Shown piece after piece: positions 21,242 through 30,424 of a stretch of DNA of 64,000 bases. Made by a program: the position numbers and the translations under genes. The notes under the pieces were generated by a model. The model was not told the DNA's origin. It saw nothing but the letters and a program-made list of their open reading frames with translations, and searched no databases. The stretch comes from an uncultured cyanobacterium. Its GTDB lineage: Bacteria; Cyanobacteriota; Cyanobacteriia; CAKZMO01. Where the stretch lies: positions 168,063 to 232,062 of the forward strand of contig CAVRCJ010000013.1 of the NCBI GenBank assembly GCA_963719515.1, in the 5' to 3' direction. Every line of letters starts with the position of its first letter. Positions within the stretch are counted from its first letter, which is position 1.

Positions 21242-22227
21242 CCCGTTGTTGTCATGACCTGATAGGTTTTTAGCGCTAGGAAGGGATGCCGCAGGTGGGT
21301 GCCGACCACCCGGCTACAGAGCAAGTTGCAGGTCGAGGCTGCGGAACACTGCCGGATTTCTTCGTGGTTGAGCTGCGCCAAGAGCGTGGGCAAAGGCTTG
21401 TCGAGCAGCGACTCGGTTTTGGGTAAGGCTAGGCAGGGGGCCACCCGCCCGGAGCAGTCAATAGCAATGCCGTGGCGCCCGGCGTCGCAGGGGGGAAGCC
21501 CAAGGCCCTGCAGCCAGCGGATATTTTCTTTGATGTACTGCCGGTAGTAGCCGTCAGGGATATGAGGAGAGTGCAGCAGGCGCTCGAAAAGTCGGAGAAT
21601 ATCTGGCGTTTCGTACTGCAGGTCCTCATCCACTTTGCCGTAGCGGGAGACATCCCAGTGATAGGCTCCGACCACGGGAGTAAAGCCGCGATCGCCCGCA
21701 AATTCGACCACCGCTTCCACATCGCCCAGATTTTTCTGGCTGACGACGCAGGTTAGATACTTGGGGTGGGGGTAGTTCTCTAAAAGTGAAATCCCCTTGA
21801 GGACGGCGGGGAGCTGATCGCGGCCGCGAATATAGGCATAGCGCTCGCGGTCGAGGCTATCTAAACTAATAGAAATAGAGACGCCCAAGTCCTTTAGGGT
21901 AGCCACCTTTGCCGGGGTGAAACAGGTGCCGTTGGTCACCAAGCTGAGGTTGTAGCCCATCGCGTTGAGATCGACAAGAATGTCCATCAGGTCCCGCCGC
22001 AGCATAGGCTCTCCGCCTTGGATAAGCAAAAACCGGAGTCCCTCCTCATAGAGGTGAGAAAAGACGCGCTGGATCTCCTCGCGGGTCATTTCGTAATGCC
22101 CTTTGTTGAGCTCCAGGTTGCAGTAGCGACAGGCAGAGTTGCAGCGCAGGGTAATTTCCACAACCGCCAGCAGCGGTCGGCCCGCGATCGCGTTGAGAGC
22201 AGGTTTGACGAGGGTCGATAGGGCCAC
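21238..22227 (-). CDS. Radical SAM protein with SPASM/twitch-type C-terminus (probable GTG start at 22227)
   Basis: CNSACRYC (CxxxCxxC), GGEP, VTNG, ISLDS, CDAG...GRVAPC...C..C. Confidence 0.9.
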   Translation of the reverse strand: MALSTLVKPALNAIAGRPLLAVVEITLRCNSACRYCNLELNKGHYEMTREEIQRVFSHLYEEGLRFLLIQGGEPMLRRDLMDILVDLNAMGYNLSLVTNGTCFTPAKVATLKDLGVSISISLDSLDRERYAYIRGRDQLPAVLKGISLLENYPHPKYLTCVVSQKNLGDVEAVVEFAGDRGFTPVVGAYHWDVSRYGKVDEDLQYETPDILRLFERLLHSPHIPDGYYRQYIKENIRWLQGLGLPPCDAGRHGIAIDCSGRVAPCLALPKTESLLDKPLPTLLAQLNHEEIRQCSAASTCNLLCSRVVGTHLRHPFLALKTYQVMTTTG

Positions 22228-22301
22228 GGAGAATGCCTCTAGGACTGATATGCTGAAGCGCAGCAAGGCAAAAGCCGTTTCGCCTCAGCGTTTTGGCGCT
22301 T

Positions 22302-22718
22302 TTATGGTAGCACGGGGATATCGTCTAGCCAGTCAATATCGTCTTGAAAGCAGCCGTGCTGCTGCCAGGATTCCTGCAGGGCATCTTCTCGCGCTTGGCG
22401 CTCACGTCTGCGATAGCTCGGGTCAGCGGATATGGCGCGGGCGACGAGCCCATCAACCTGACCCACCTGCTCTCTGTTTTCGCTCGTTGCGCCGAGGTAG
22501 GTGACCCAGGTTTTAGGGTCCATAGCGCCCTTCTTGCTATTGCACTCTAGGCAAGCCGTTACAAGGTTTTTCATCTTGTCGGTGCCGCCTCGGGACTTAG
22601 GAATCACGTGGTCTAAGGTTAAGGCCTCGGCCTTGACTCGCTTGTGGCAGTAGACGCAGCGAAAGCCATCGCGGCGGTAAACCTTCAAGCGGTGCTTCAT
22701 GTGGTTTGTTGAGGCCAT
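22302..22718 (-). CDS. HNH endonuclease (McrA/HNH_5-like)
   Basis: RDGFRCVYC...TLDHVIPKSRGG...NLVTACLECNSKKG; SD-like AAAGGTGG before ATG 22718. Confidence 0.92.
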   Translation of the reverse strand: MASTNHMKHRLKVYRRDGFRCVYCHKRVKAEALTLDHVIPKSRGGTDKMKNLVTACLECNSKKGAMDPKTWVTYLGATSENREQVGQVDGLVARAISADPSYRRRERQAREDALQESWQQHGCFQDDIDWLDDIPVLP

Positions 22719-22884
22719 AATATCCACCTTTCTCTTGCAGAGAGGGACGACTGCCTGCCTGCGTGAGACTAGAGGCAGTCGTCCCTAGCGGCGCTGCCTG
22801 GGGTGAGGCGATCGCCGTTTTCAACATTTCACGCGCCATTTTACAGGCTTTTGTGCAAAAGTGGTGCAATATTTTCTTAGATTT

Positions 22885-25800
22885 CTAGCTTGCCCCATCC
22901 AGTAGGCGTACAATTTCGTCGAACTGGTAGTCCTCTGCCAAACCCTCCAATCGGGCAGCGATCGCTGCATTACCCGACGGAATTTTGGCAATCAGCTGCC
23001 TCACCTGCCGACCTTTGAGATGGCTAGCGGCTTGGCGAAGGGCGGCTAGCCAGTCAGCGGGTAGAGCCCTAAGAGCGGTTGAGACATCCACCGGCGCAGC
23101 GTCTCGGCAAGACATCGTTTGGGGTAGGTCTTCTGCGGTGAGGGCAGGCTGCTGCTGATACGTAAACTCGATCCCCAAATGCTGGTGGAGCATCTCCCAA
23201 ATTTTTTCCTGTTGAAACGGCTTTAGCATGTAGTCGTCGAACCCAGAGGCCAGCGTGACGTCTCGCTGCCCTTTAAAGGCGCTAGCCGTTAAGGCAATAA
23301 TCTTGGTAGCAGTCTGCCCAAATTCTGACTCTCGCTGCCGAATTCCTTGGGTGGCGGCATAGCCATCTAGCTCGGGCATACGCAAATCCATCCAGATAAG
23401 CTGCGGCTGCCACTCTTCCCAAAGGGCGATCGCCTCTGCCCCATTGCTAGCCTGCTGCACCGACAGCCCCACCGAGGTGAGCAAATCTCGCAGCAGCAGG
23501 CGGCTGTCTGGCTCATCGTCCACTACCAGGAGCCGGTAGTCAGGCTGGCCTGGCGCAAGACCCACCACGCCCCGGCTTTGAGCCGTGGGGAGCGCCTCGC
23601 CAGAGGTCACTGCGACGGGAATGGCGACCCGAAAGCACGTTCCTTTGCCCACCTCACTGCGGGGCGTGAGCTCTCCCCCCATCAGCGCCACAAACTGACG
23701 AGAGATCGACAGACCTAGTCCAGTTCCCTGCTTTACCCGCCGCCCTGCTGCGGTTTGCTCGAAGGCAACAAACAGCTTATCTAGTTCATCAGGGGCAATC
23801 CCCGGCCCTGTGTCTTCTAGCTCCAGCTGAAGATTGTGGTCTAGGTCAGGGGCCGCGGGCTGCGGGTTTAGGCGCACCGTCACCCGCAGCGTGATCGATC
23901 CTCTCTCCGTAAACTTGACGGCGTTGCCAATCAGGTTGATCAGAACCTGACGCAGCTTTTTCTCATCGGCATAGATGTATCGCGGCAGGTCGGCGCCCAG
24001 CTCCAGACAAAACTGGAGTCCTCTGTTGGTCACCTTGAGGCAGAACATGTTTTGCATGTCCTGTAGCAGCCTATAGAGATCGAAGGTCTGGCGGGTAATA
24101 CCCACTCGGCCTGCTTCGATCTTAGACAGCTCCAAAATATTGTTAATCAGTGACAGAAGATGTTCACCGCTACGATTGACAATGTCTAACCGCAGCCGCT
24201 GTTCTGACTGCAAGGAAGTATCGGTGCTCAGAATTTGGGTAAAGCCAATAATGCTGTTGAGCGGCGTACGAAGCTCGTGGCTCATATTTGCCAAAAAATT
24301 TGATTTGGCCTGGTTCGCACTTTCCGCCTTCTCCTTGGCTAGCTTTAGCTCGGTTTGAGTCACTTCTAGCTGGTAGAGCGTTTTGCGCAACTCTTGATTG
24401 CTCTTGCCCAAAGAGGCCGTGCGCTCGTGAACTTTTTGCTCTAGAGCCTGATTGGACTGCTCTAGAGCCTGTTCAGCTTGCTTACGGGCCGTGATGTCAT
24501 GCACCATGATCAGCACTTCATCCTCCCCTAGCACCATGATGCGGACCTCTTCGTGCTGGACTGAGCGACCGAGCTCAACCCGATGCTCATAGACCTGCAG
24601 CTGACCTGTTGCTAGCGCTTTGTGGATGTAGTGCATGCGCCTTTCAGCCAGCTCTGGTGGCAGGGAGTCCTGGACCCTTTTTCCGGGCCGGGCCTGTTTT
24701 ATACTTTCGCTGCGCTGCAGGTAGTTGCTGTCAATGATGTCGACGTAATGTCCATCTCCCCGAGCGCGAATCAGCAGATCGGGAATCGTGTTGACTATAG
24801 CTCTGTTGGTCGCCTCGCTTTGCCGGAGCGCGTTAAAGGACTTCTTCAGCTGGCGGGCCATTTGGTTGAAAGAGCGAGCCAAGACATCGGTATCTTTAAT
24901 AGCGCTGGAGGCCACCTGCTGATCGAGATCCCCTTGAGCCAGTTGATCTGACGCTTCAGCAACCCGCACCACTGGGGCGGCAATCCAGCGAGAGGTCAAT
25001 GTTCCCAGAAGGGTGGCAACGCCCAGAGCGATTAGACAGAGGACAACGGTGTTGCGGGTGTTGGCATCAATCTGCGCGGTGAAGTCCGATCTGGGAATCA
25101 CCACCGCCATCAGCCAGTCAAGGCCACGACCGTCTTTGATCGGAGTTACCTGCACCAGGTGGCTCGCGCCGTTGATGTCAAAAATGCAGTATTCGCTGGC
25201 GTCAATCTGCTCGAAGCCGCCTAGCTGTGTGCGCAGACTCTGAGCAGCTTCTCGAATAAGCAGGTCTGTGCTGTCCAAGGCTGCGAGCCGGGTATCCGTG
25301 GTCTCAGTTTTGACGAATGGCGGCTCTGACGATGAGCTAGCGACAATTTCACCCGTGCGCTCCATAATGAACACCTGCCCAGACTGGCTCACCTCAAGCT
25401 GCCGAAGAAAATTGCTGATTTCAGAAAGGGTCAGATCGACCGCCAGCACGCCCAGAAAATTTGAGTCCTCGTAGACCGGAGCGACGTGGGTAATCCCAAG
25501 CTGCGGTGAGTCGGCAAAGGGGTATATGGGGGACCAGGTGGCCTTACCGACAGCAGTGGCCGCCTGGTACCAGGGACGCGATCGCGAATCGTACTCGCCC
25601 TCGCGGTCCAGGGTCCGCGAACTGCGCTGCTCGTCGCTCCTGTAAATTCTTCGGATAGGCGCACTCGACTCATCCCGCAGCCAGTAGGTGGTAGAGCCAT
25701 CAGGCTCTTGCCGGACGCCGGCAAAATCGCCCTGGGGACTGCCAAAATAGACGAAGGGGACGGCATCTGAAATTTGCGTCTGCTGGTCAAAGTAGCGCAT

Positions 25801-26079
25801 CATCGAGTCGTCGTCGGTGACGTCTAGGTTCCCCGCCTCCACTGCCGCTAGGTTAATCTGCAAGAACTGGTAAGGCGTATCGGCAAAGGTCTTGATGTGG
25901 GTTTTGACGTGCTCGGTGACGCGATCGCTAATGCGACCCATAAGCTGGTTCACCGACTTTTGCCCATTACGAAATGAGAACCACCCCGTTGCGCCAACGC
26001 CGACGGCAATTTGCAGCACAAATGAAGCAACAAGTGCGGTGCGCAGGCTGATGCGGGAAGAGGGGTATTTAGGACTCAT
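22885..26079 (-). CDS. Hybrid sensor histidine kinase (TM-Cache-HAMP-PAS-HisKA-HATPase-REC)
   Basis: [36 protein letters not shown], receiver WMDLRMP. Confidence 0.95.
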   Translation of the reverse strand: MSPKYPSSRISLRTALVASFVLQIAVGVGATGWFSFRNGQKSVNQLMGRISDRVTEHVKTHIKTFADTPYQFLQINLAAVEAGNLDVTDDDSMMRYFDQQTQISDAVPFVYFGSPQGDFAGVRQEPDGSTTYWLRDESSAPIRRIYRSDEQRSSRTLDREGEYDSRSRPWYQAATAVGKATWSPIYPFADSPQLGITHVAPVYEDSNFLGVLAVDLTLSEISNFLRQLEVSQSGQVFIMERTGEIVASSSSEPPFVKTETTDTRLAALDSTDLLIREAAQSLRTQLGGFEQIDASEYCIFDINGASHLVQVTPIKDGRGLDWLMAVVIPRSDFTAQIDANTRNTVVLCLIALGVATLLGTLTSRWIAAPVVRVAEASDQLAQGDLDQQVASSAIKDTDVLARSFNQMARQLKKSFNALRQSEATNRAIVNTIPDLLIRARGDGHYVDIIDSNYLQRSESIKQARPGKRVQDSLPPELAERRMHYIHKALATGQLQVYEHRVELGRSVQHEEVRIMVLGEDEVLIMVHDITARKQAEQALEQSNQALEQKVHERTASLGKSNQELRKTLYQLEVTQTELKLAKEKAESANQAKSNFLANMSHELRTPLNSIIGFTQILSTDTSLQSEQRLRLDIVNRSGEHLLSLINNILELSKIEAGRVGITRQTFDLYRLLQDMQNMFCLKVTNRGLQFCLELGADLPRYIYADEKKLRQVLINLIGNAVKFTERGSITLRVTVRLNPQPAAPDLDHNLQLELEDTGPGIAPDELDKLFVAFEQTAAGRRVKQGTGLGLSISRQFVALMGGELTPRSEVGKGTCFRVAIPVAVTSGEALPTAQSRGVVGLAPGQPDYRLLVVDDEPDSRLLLRDLLTSVGLSVQQASNGAEAIALWEEWQPQLIWMDLRMPELDGYAATQGIRQRESEFGQTATKIIALTASAFKGQRDVTLASGFDDYMLKPFQQEKIWEMLHQHLGIEFTYQQQPALTAEDLPQTMSCRDAAPVDVSTALRALPADWLAALRQAASHLKGRQVRQLIAKIPSGNAAIAARLEGLAEDYQFDEIVRLLDGAS

Positions 26080-26284
26080 TTAAAGTGAAAAAACCTGTTG
26101 GAATTGAAATAGTTTAGCCAGGCTCTGGCCGCCGCGCTGATCTTCACGGGAATTATTCTCTGATTGTCACTATTCGTTACGTCCACCACAATCGCCTCTG
26201 CAATTTGCTGGTAGACTTCCTTTGAATAAATTGGTAAACTTCCGTTTAATAAGTAAATTTCAGTTTGTTAGGTTGAGTCTAATC

Positions 26285-27661
26285 GTGAACGATGATGTTT
26301 TGGAATTTGCTGAAACGTTAATTCATGAAAAGACAAATGCCTACTGTAGTGAGCTGCAGCGGCGCATTCTTATTTCGACCCTCCAGGGGGAGCGCAAAAC
26401 CTACGATCAAGTTGCGGAAGAATGTGGATATTCTGCCAAATACGTCAAGCAAGACGTGGCCCCTAAGCTCTGGCAGCTGCTCTCCCAAGCCTTAGAGCAA
26501 AAGATTCATAAGTCAAACGTGCGGGCTGTCCTAGAGCAAAAGATGCGCCACGTCGCACCTCGGGTCGATGACGAGCCGTCTAGCTCTAGAGGAGGCGCAT
26601 TTGAGGAGATCCCTGCGTCCGCCCCAACAGGCATATTTAGGGCTATCAGCTCTGGGCTACCGTCAGGCCAGACTTCAGCACCTCCTACCGCAGGTCCGGG
26701 TACCCCATCTTTTACGACGGTGCTCTCTCTCGGCGCTAAGGCTCTCTCTGCCAATATCTTGCTTGTGGACGACCAGCCCAAGAACCTGCGGCTGCTCTCG
26801 GACTTACTGGAAGAACAGGGCTACGACGTTCAGCAGGCAATTAACGGCGCGGTTGCTCTGCAGGTGGTCGCGCTTGAGCAGCCCAGCCTGATTTTGCTGG
26901 ACATTCATATGCCCGAGATGGATGGCTACGCGGTTTGTCAGCACCTCAAAGCTGACCCCAATACCCAAGATATTCCCGTCATTTTTGTCAGCGCTCTAGA
27001 CGAGGCTTGGGACAAAGTCAGGGCGTTTTCCGTTGGGGCGGTGGATTTTATTACCAAACCCTTTAAGGTTGTCGAAGTGCTGGCTCGGGTTGAAAACCAG
27101 CTCAAGATTCAGCAGCTGCAGCAGGAACTCAAAGCCCAAAATGCCCAGCTTCATCAGGCTATTCAAGAGCTTCAGCGGCTAGCGGCGATTGACGAGCTAA
27201 CCCAGGTCGCCAACCGACGGCGATTTGACACCTACCTAGGCGAAAGCTGGCAGCGATCGCTGCGGATGCAGGCTCCCCTCACCCTGATGCTGGCCCAGCT
27301 CGACCAAGTTACCCCTGGGCAAGGCGGCGATCGCGACCTGCAGCAGGTGGCCAGCCTCCTCAAGCGGGCTGTTCAGGGCCCTCAAGACCTAGTGGGCCGC
27401 TACGGAGCATTGACCTTTGCCCTACTGCTGCCAAACCAGACCAGCGGCGAAGCGATCGCCCAGGCAATCTTAAAGCAAGTCCGGGCGCTTCCCTTTACCG
27501 AGGGTCACCCTCCCGTGACGCTGAGCCTCGGCTGCGCCACAGTTTGGCCCTCGCCCTCGCTAGAACTTGAGGCATTCGTGGCCCAATGCGATCGGGCGCT
27601 GCAGCAGGCCCAAAGCCAGGGCGGCAACCGGTTCTCGACAGCAGCGGTGGACCCACCATAG
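26285..27661 (+). CDS. Response regulator: N-terminal HTH-like domain + REC + degenerate GGDEF
   Basis: TYDQVAEECGYS...LWQLLS; LLVDD...LLDIHMP...KPF; DELTQVANRRRF; RYGALTF in place of RYGGEEF. Confidence 0.85.
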   Translation: MNDDVLEFAETLIHEKTNAYCSELQRRILISTLQGERKTYDQVAEECGYSAKYVKQDVAPKLWQLLSQALEQKIHKSNVRAVLEQKMRHVAPRVDDEPSSSRGGAFEEIPASAPTGIFRAISSGLPSGQTSAPPTAGPGTPSFTTVLSLGAKALSANILLVDDQPKNLRLLSDLLEEQGYDVQQAINGAVALQVVALEQPSLILLDIHMPEMDGYAVCQHLKADPNTQDIPVIFVSALDEAWDKVRAFSVGAVDFITKPFKVVEVLARVENQLKIQQLQQELKAQNAQLHQAIQELQRLAAIDELTQVANRRRFDTYLGESWQRSLRMQAPLTLMLAQLDQVTPGQGGDRDLQQVASLLKRAVQGPQDLVGRYGALTFALLLPNQTSGEAIAQAILKQVRALPFTEGHPPVTLSLGCATVWPSPSLELEAFVAQCDRALQQAQSQGGNRFSTAAVDPP

Positions 27662-27664
27662 AGA

Positions 27665-27694
27665 ATCCCCATGCCTCTAATAAGACATGGGGAT
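27665..27694. terminator. Hairpin between convergent genes
   Basis: ATCCCCATG...CATGGGGAT inverted repeat downstream of rpmA. Confidence 0.6.
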
Positions 27695-27726
27695 GCAAAG
27701 CTATTGCTTAGCGCAGGCTACAAGGC

Positions 27727-27981
27727 CTAAGCCGGGTAAACGCTGATCTTTTTGCGGTCTTTGCCCTTTCGCTCGAAGCGAACAACCCCATCGACCAGGG
27801 CAAACAGCGTGTCGTCGCTGCCCCGGCCCACGTTAGATCCAGGGTGAAACTTAGTGCCGCGCTGGCGCACGAGGATGTTACCGGCCAAAACGACCTGGCC
27901 GCCGTACCGCTTGACCCCTAGCCGCTGGGCATTTGAATCGCGACCGTTGCGCGTACTGCCCGTTCCCTTCTTATGAGCCAT
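27727..27981 (-). CDS. rpmA: 50S ribosomal protein L27
   Basis: [24 protein letters not shown]. Confidence 0.99.
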   Translation of the reverse strand: MAHKKGTGSTRNGRDSNAQRLGVKRYGGQVVLAGNILVRQRGTKFHPGSNVGRGSDDTLFALVDGVVRFERKGKDRKKISVYPA

Positions 27982-28041
27982 GTCTTTCCTCCTATTACGT
28001 TCTCTATTCTAAAGTCAATTCCTGCTGCTGGGGCGATCGCG

Positions 28042-28497
28042 CTACTCAGCAGCGTCGGCTGCCTCAGGAGCCTGTGCCTCTGCGGCTTCAACAGTTGCCG
28101 TCTCTGCTTCAAGGCCCTCAGCCTCGACCGCACTATATGTCGTGTCTTCGGCTTCACTGTCCTCTAAAGAAATCACGCTGCCGCCAACGGAGATAGAGTC
28201 AATCATCAGGCGGGTGAGTTCCTGACGGTGGCCCCGCTTCTTGCGGGTCTTCTTTTTGGGGCGCATCTTGTAGACAATCAGCTTTGGTCCCCGCAGATGC
28301 CGCATCACGGTACCGCTGACGGCAGCGCCATCAACAAGGGGCTGCCCGACTTCGATACCTGCGTCGCTAGAAACAAACAAAACGCGGTCGAGGGTAATGG
28401 TTTCATCCTCTTCGGCGTGTAGGCGGTTGATGTCGTAAAATCGGCCGGGCTCAACCCGGAACTGTTTACCACCCGCTTCAACAATTGCATATGCCAT
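28042..28497 (-). CDS. rplU: 50S ribosomal protein L21 (acidic C-terminal extension)
   Basis: MAYAIVEAGGKQ...KKRGHRQELT. Confidence 0.98.
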   Translation of the reverse strand: MAYAIVEAGGKQFRVEPGRFYDINRLHAEEDETITLDRVLFVSSDAGIEVGQPLVDGAAVSGTVMRHLRGPKLIVYKMRPKKKTRKKRGHRQELTRLMIDSISVGGSVISLEDSEAEDTTYSAVEAEGLEAETATVEAAEAQAPEAADAAE

Positions 28498-28772
28498 TAG
28501 ACGCTTTCCTCTTGCCGTACAGGCGGTAGACCAATTCTCAAGTCGCTGCTAGCGATCGCGCTAGCCAACAGGCTCATTTAGACCTACATCTAGCCTGATC
28601 CGTGCATTAACTAAAATTTTGCATCCCCCTATCATTACAAATCTGGCCGTAGGTGTCAAATACGATAACCGCACAAAAGGCTACCAATTCTCCATAATTC
28701 TTTAAGGGAATTTTACGGAATCTTGCCCGTTGAAGCCGTAAGATGACCTGAATCATCGCAGACGCTGCGGCT

Positions 28773-29375
28773 ATGGCAATCGATGAGGTGGCTGCCGAGG
28801 AAGAAGACCTAGAGGGTGATTTGCAGGCCATGGGCGTTGGCGAGTGGGTATCGGGCAATGCCGGCACCCTCAGCGCGATCGCCATCCCCGAGTCGCGCGG
28901 CATCGGCGGCATGATTGGCGGCTTAGTGGGCGGGCAAATTCGCCGCGATCGCCAGCGGCGGCTAGAGCGAGCCGTGGAGCGGATTGAGCAAATCTACGCG
29001 GAGAAAGAGGCCCAGTTTATCGCGGCGGAAACTGAGCGCAGCCACACCCACGAGTTCGAGGCCGACGAGGTAGGGTATCAATACATCGTGCGGGCCGGGT
29101 TTGAGCCTCAGGGCTGCGTGACGATGCTAGAAGCCCTAAACCGAATCCCCGGTAGCCAGCTTGACAGCGTGACCCATCCCGCCACCCCAGAGCGGATTTC
29201 TGGGATACGCGCCTTGAGCGCCCAGTACCCCAGTGCTGCGCTCCAGTCCGAGGGCAACGCTAACCTCTCGGCTACCCCCGCGGCACTCACCTACGACCTA
29301 TCGCGCGACGGCAGCTCTCTACGGATTAACTCTCGCTCGGGCAGCTCTGACATTGATGACCTGCTGCCGCAGTAG
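28773..29375 (+). pseudogene. C-terminal part of an M48-family metallopeptidase lacking HExxH
   Basis: EFEADEVG...RAGFEP...THPATPERI present; no zinc-binding motif in the ORF or the short upstream spacer. Confidence 0.55.
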
Positions 29376-29382
29376 TGCGTTT

Positions 29383-29450
29383 TGCTGGCCCGTGAGTTAC
29401 TGGCCCGTTGAGGTGCTGGCCCGTTGAGGTGCTGGCCCGTTGAGGTGCTG
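29383..29450 (+). repeat. 16-bp tandem repeat, about 4 copies
   Basis: (GCTGGCCCGTTGAGGT)n, first copy degenerate. Confidence 0.85.
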
Positions 29451-29557
29451 TCCAATGGCAAGCCGCGCGGTGAATCTCACAGAGCCTGGGCGATCCCCGG
29501 TAGAATTAGGGCATCGGGACCGCACGATCTCAACCCTTACCCACACCTCTCAGCGCT

Positions 29558-30259
29558 GTGAGCCAAACCACCCTCAATCTGACGGCGATCGCCATCTTCT
29601 CCATCACCGTGACCAGCATTCTAGGTCCGATGGTGGGAGTCTCCCCCGGGGTGCCTGCCGCAATAGCAGCCATCCTGCTTGCCGCTGCCACCCTAGATCG
29701 GTTCGGTTGGGAGGGGCGCGGCGGCACCTTGGTCGTTGACTGGTTTTCTCGCTTCTCTCCCGACCACCGCATGCGGGTGATCCACCACGAAGCAGGGCAT
29801 TTTCTCGTTGCCCACCTGGCGGGTATTCCCGTGACGGGCTACACCCTCAACGCCTGGGAAGCTCTCAGGCAAGGGCGGCAGGGGCGCGGCGGCGTTGAGT
29901 TTGACACGCAGGACGTCGAGGCCTACCTCCAGCGAGGAGAGCTGCCGGCAGAAGTGGTAGAGCGCTATGGATCGGTGTGGATGGCGGGTGTCGCGGCAGA
30001 GCAGCTCGTCTACGGGACTGCTCAGGGGGGCAGCGACGACCGCCAAATCATGCGCCAGCTCTGGCAGCAGCTCAAGCAGCCCGGTCAGGCCGAGACCCGC
30101 ATTCGCTGGGGAACGCTGAAGGCCAAGACCCTGCTGGAAAACAACTGGCCTGCCTATGAGGCTTTGGTGAGCGCCATGAGCCAAAAAGGCAGCTTAGAGG
30201 CCTGCCTTCAGGCCATCGACCAAGCTCCCGCCCAGCCCGCGACAGAGGCCTCAGGCTAA
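29558..30259 (+). CDS. Peptidase M41-like (FtsH protease-domain-like) membrane protein
   Basis: Two TMs, HHEAGHFLVA, MAGVAAE, GGSDD. Confidence 0.85.
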   Translation: MSQTTLNLTAIAIFSITVTSILGPMVGVSPGVPAAIAAILLAAATLDRFGWEGRGGTLVVDWFSRFSPDHRMRVIHHEAGHFLVAHLAGIPVTGYTLNAWEALRQGRQGRGGVEFDTQDVEAYLQRGELPAEVVERYGSVWMAGVAAEQLVYGTAQGGSDDRQIMRQLWQQLKQPGQAETRIRWGTLKAKTLLENNWPAYEALVSAMSQKGSLEACLQAIDQAPAQPATEASG

Positions 30260-30424
30260 AAATCGTTGGGCCCCTTTGCTGTGAGCGTCTAGCTGTAGCT
30301 GCCGCTTTAGCCGGCGACCGATAGACGAAGGGTACATTAGCTTCACTCGACTTGCCGTAGTAGGGTATCCTACTGCTTTAAGAGAGGCACGTTGGACAGT
30401 GCTGAGAACCTGGAAGGAGTCTGT

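Noticed and set aside
21238..22227. Prokaryotic viperin
   Set aside because: It has a Cys-rich SPASM/twitch-like tail and I could not recognise viperin-specific motifs; an HMM search is needed to exclude it fully
22302..22718. IscB/HEARO-type RNA-guided HNH
   Set aside because: Only ~138 aa, with no PLMP or split RuvC motifs, and the upstream space (~165 nt) is short for such an RNA
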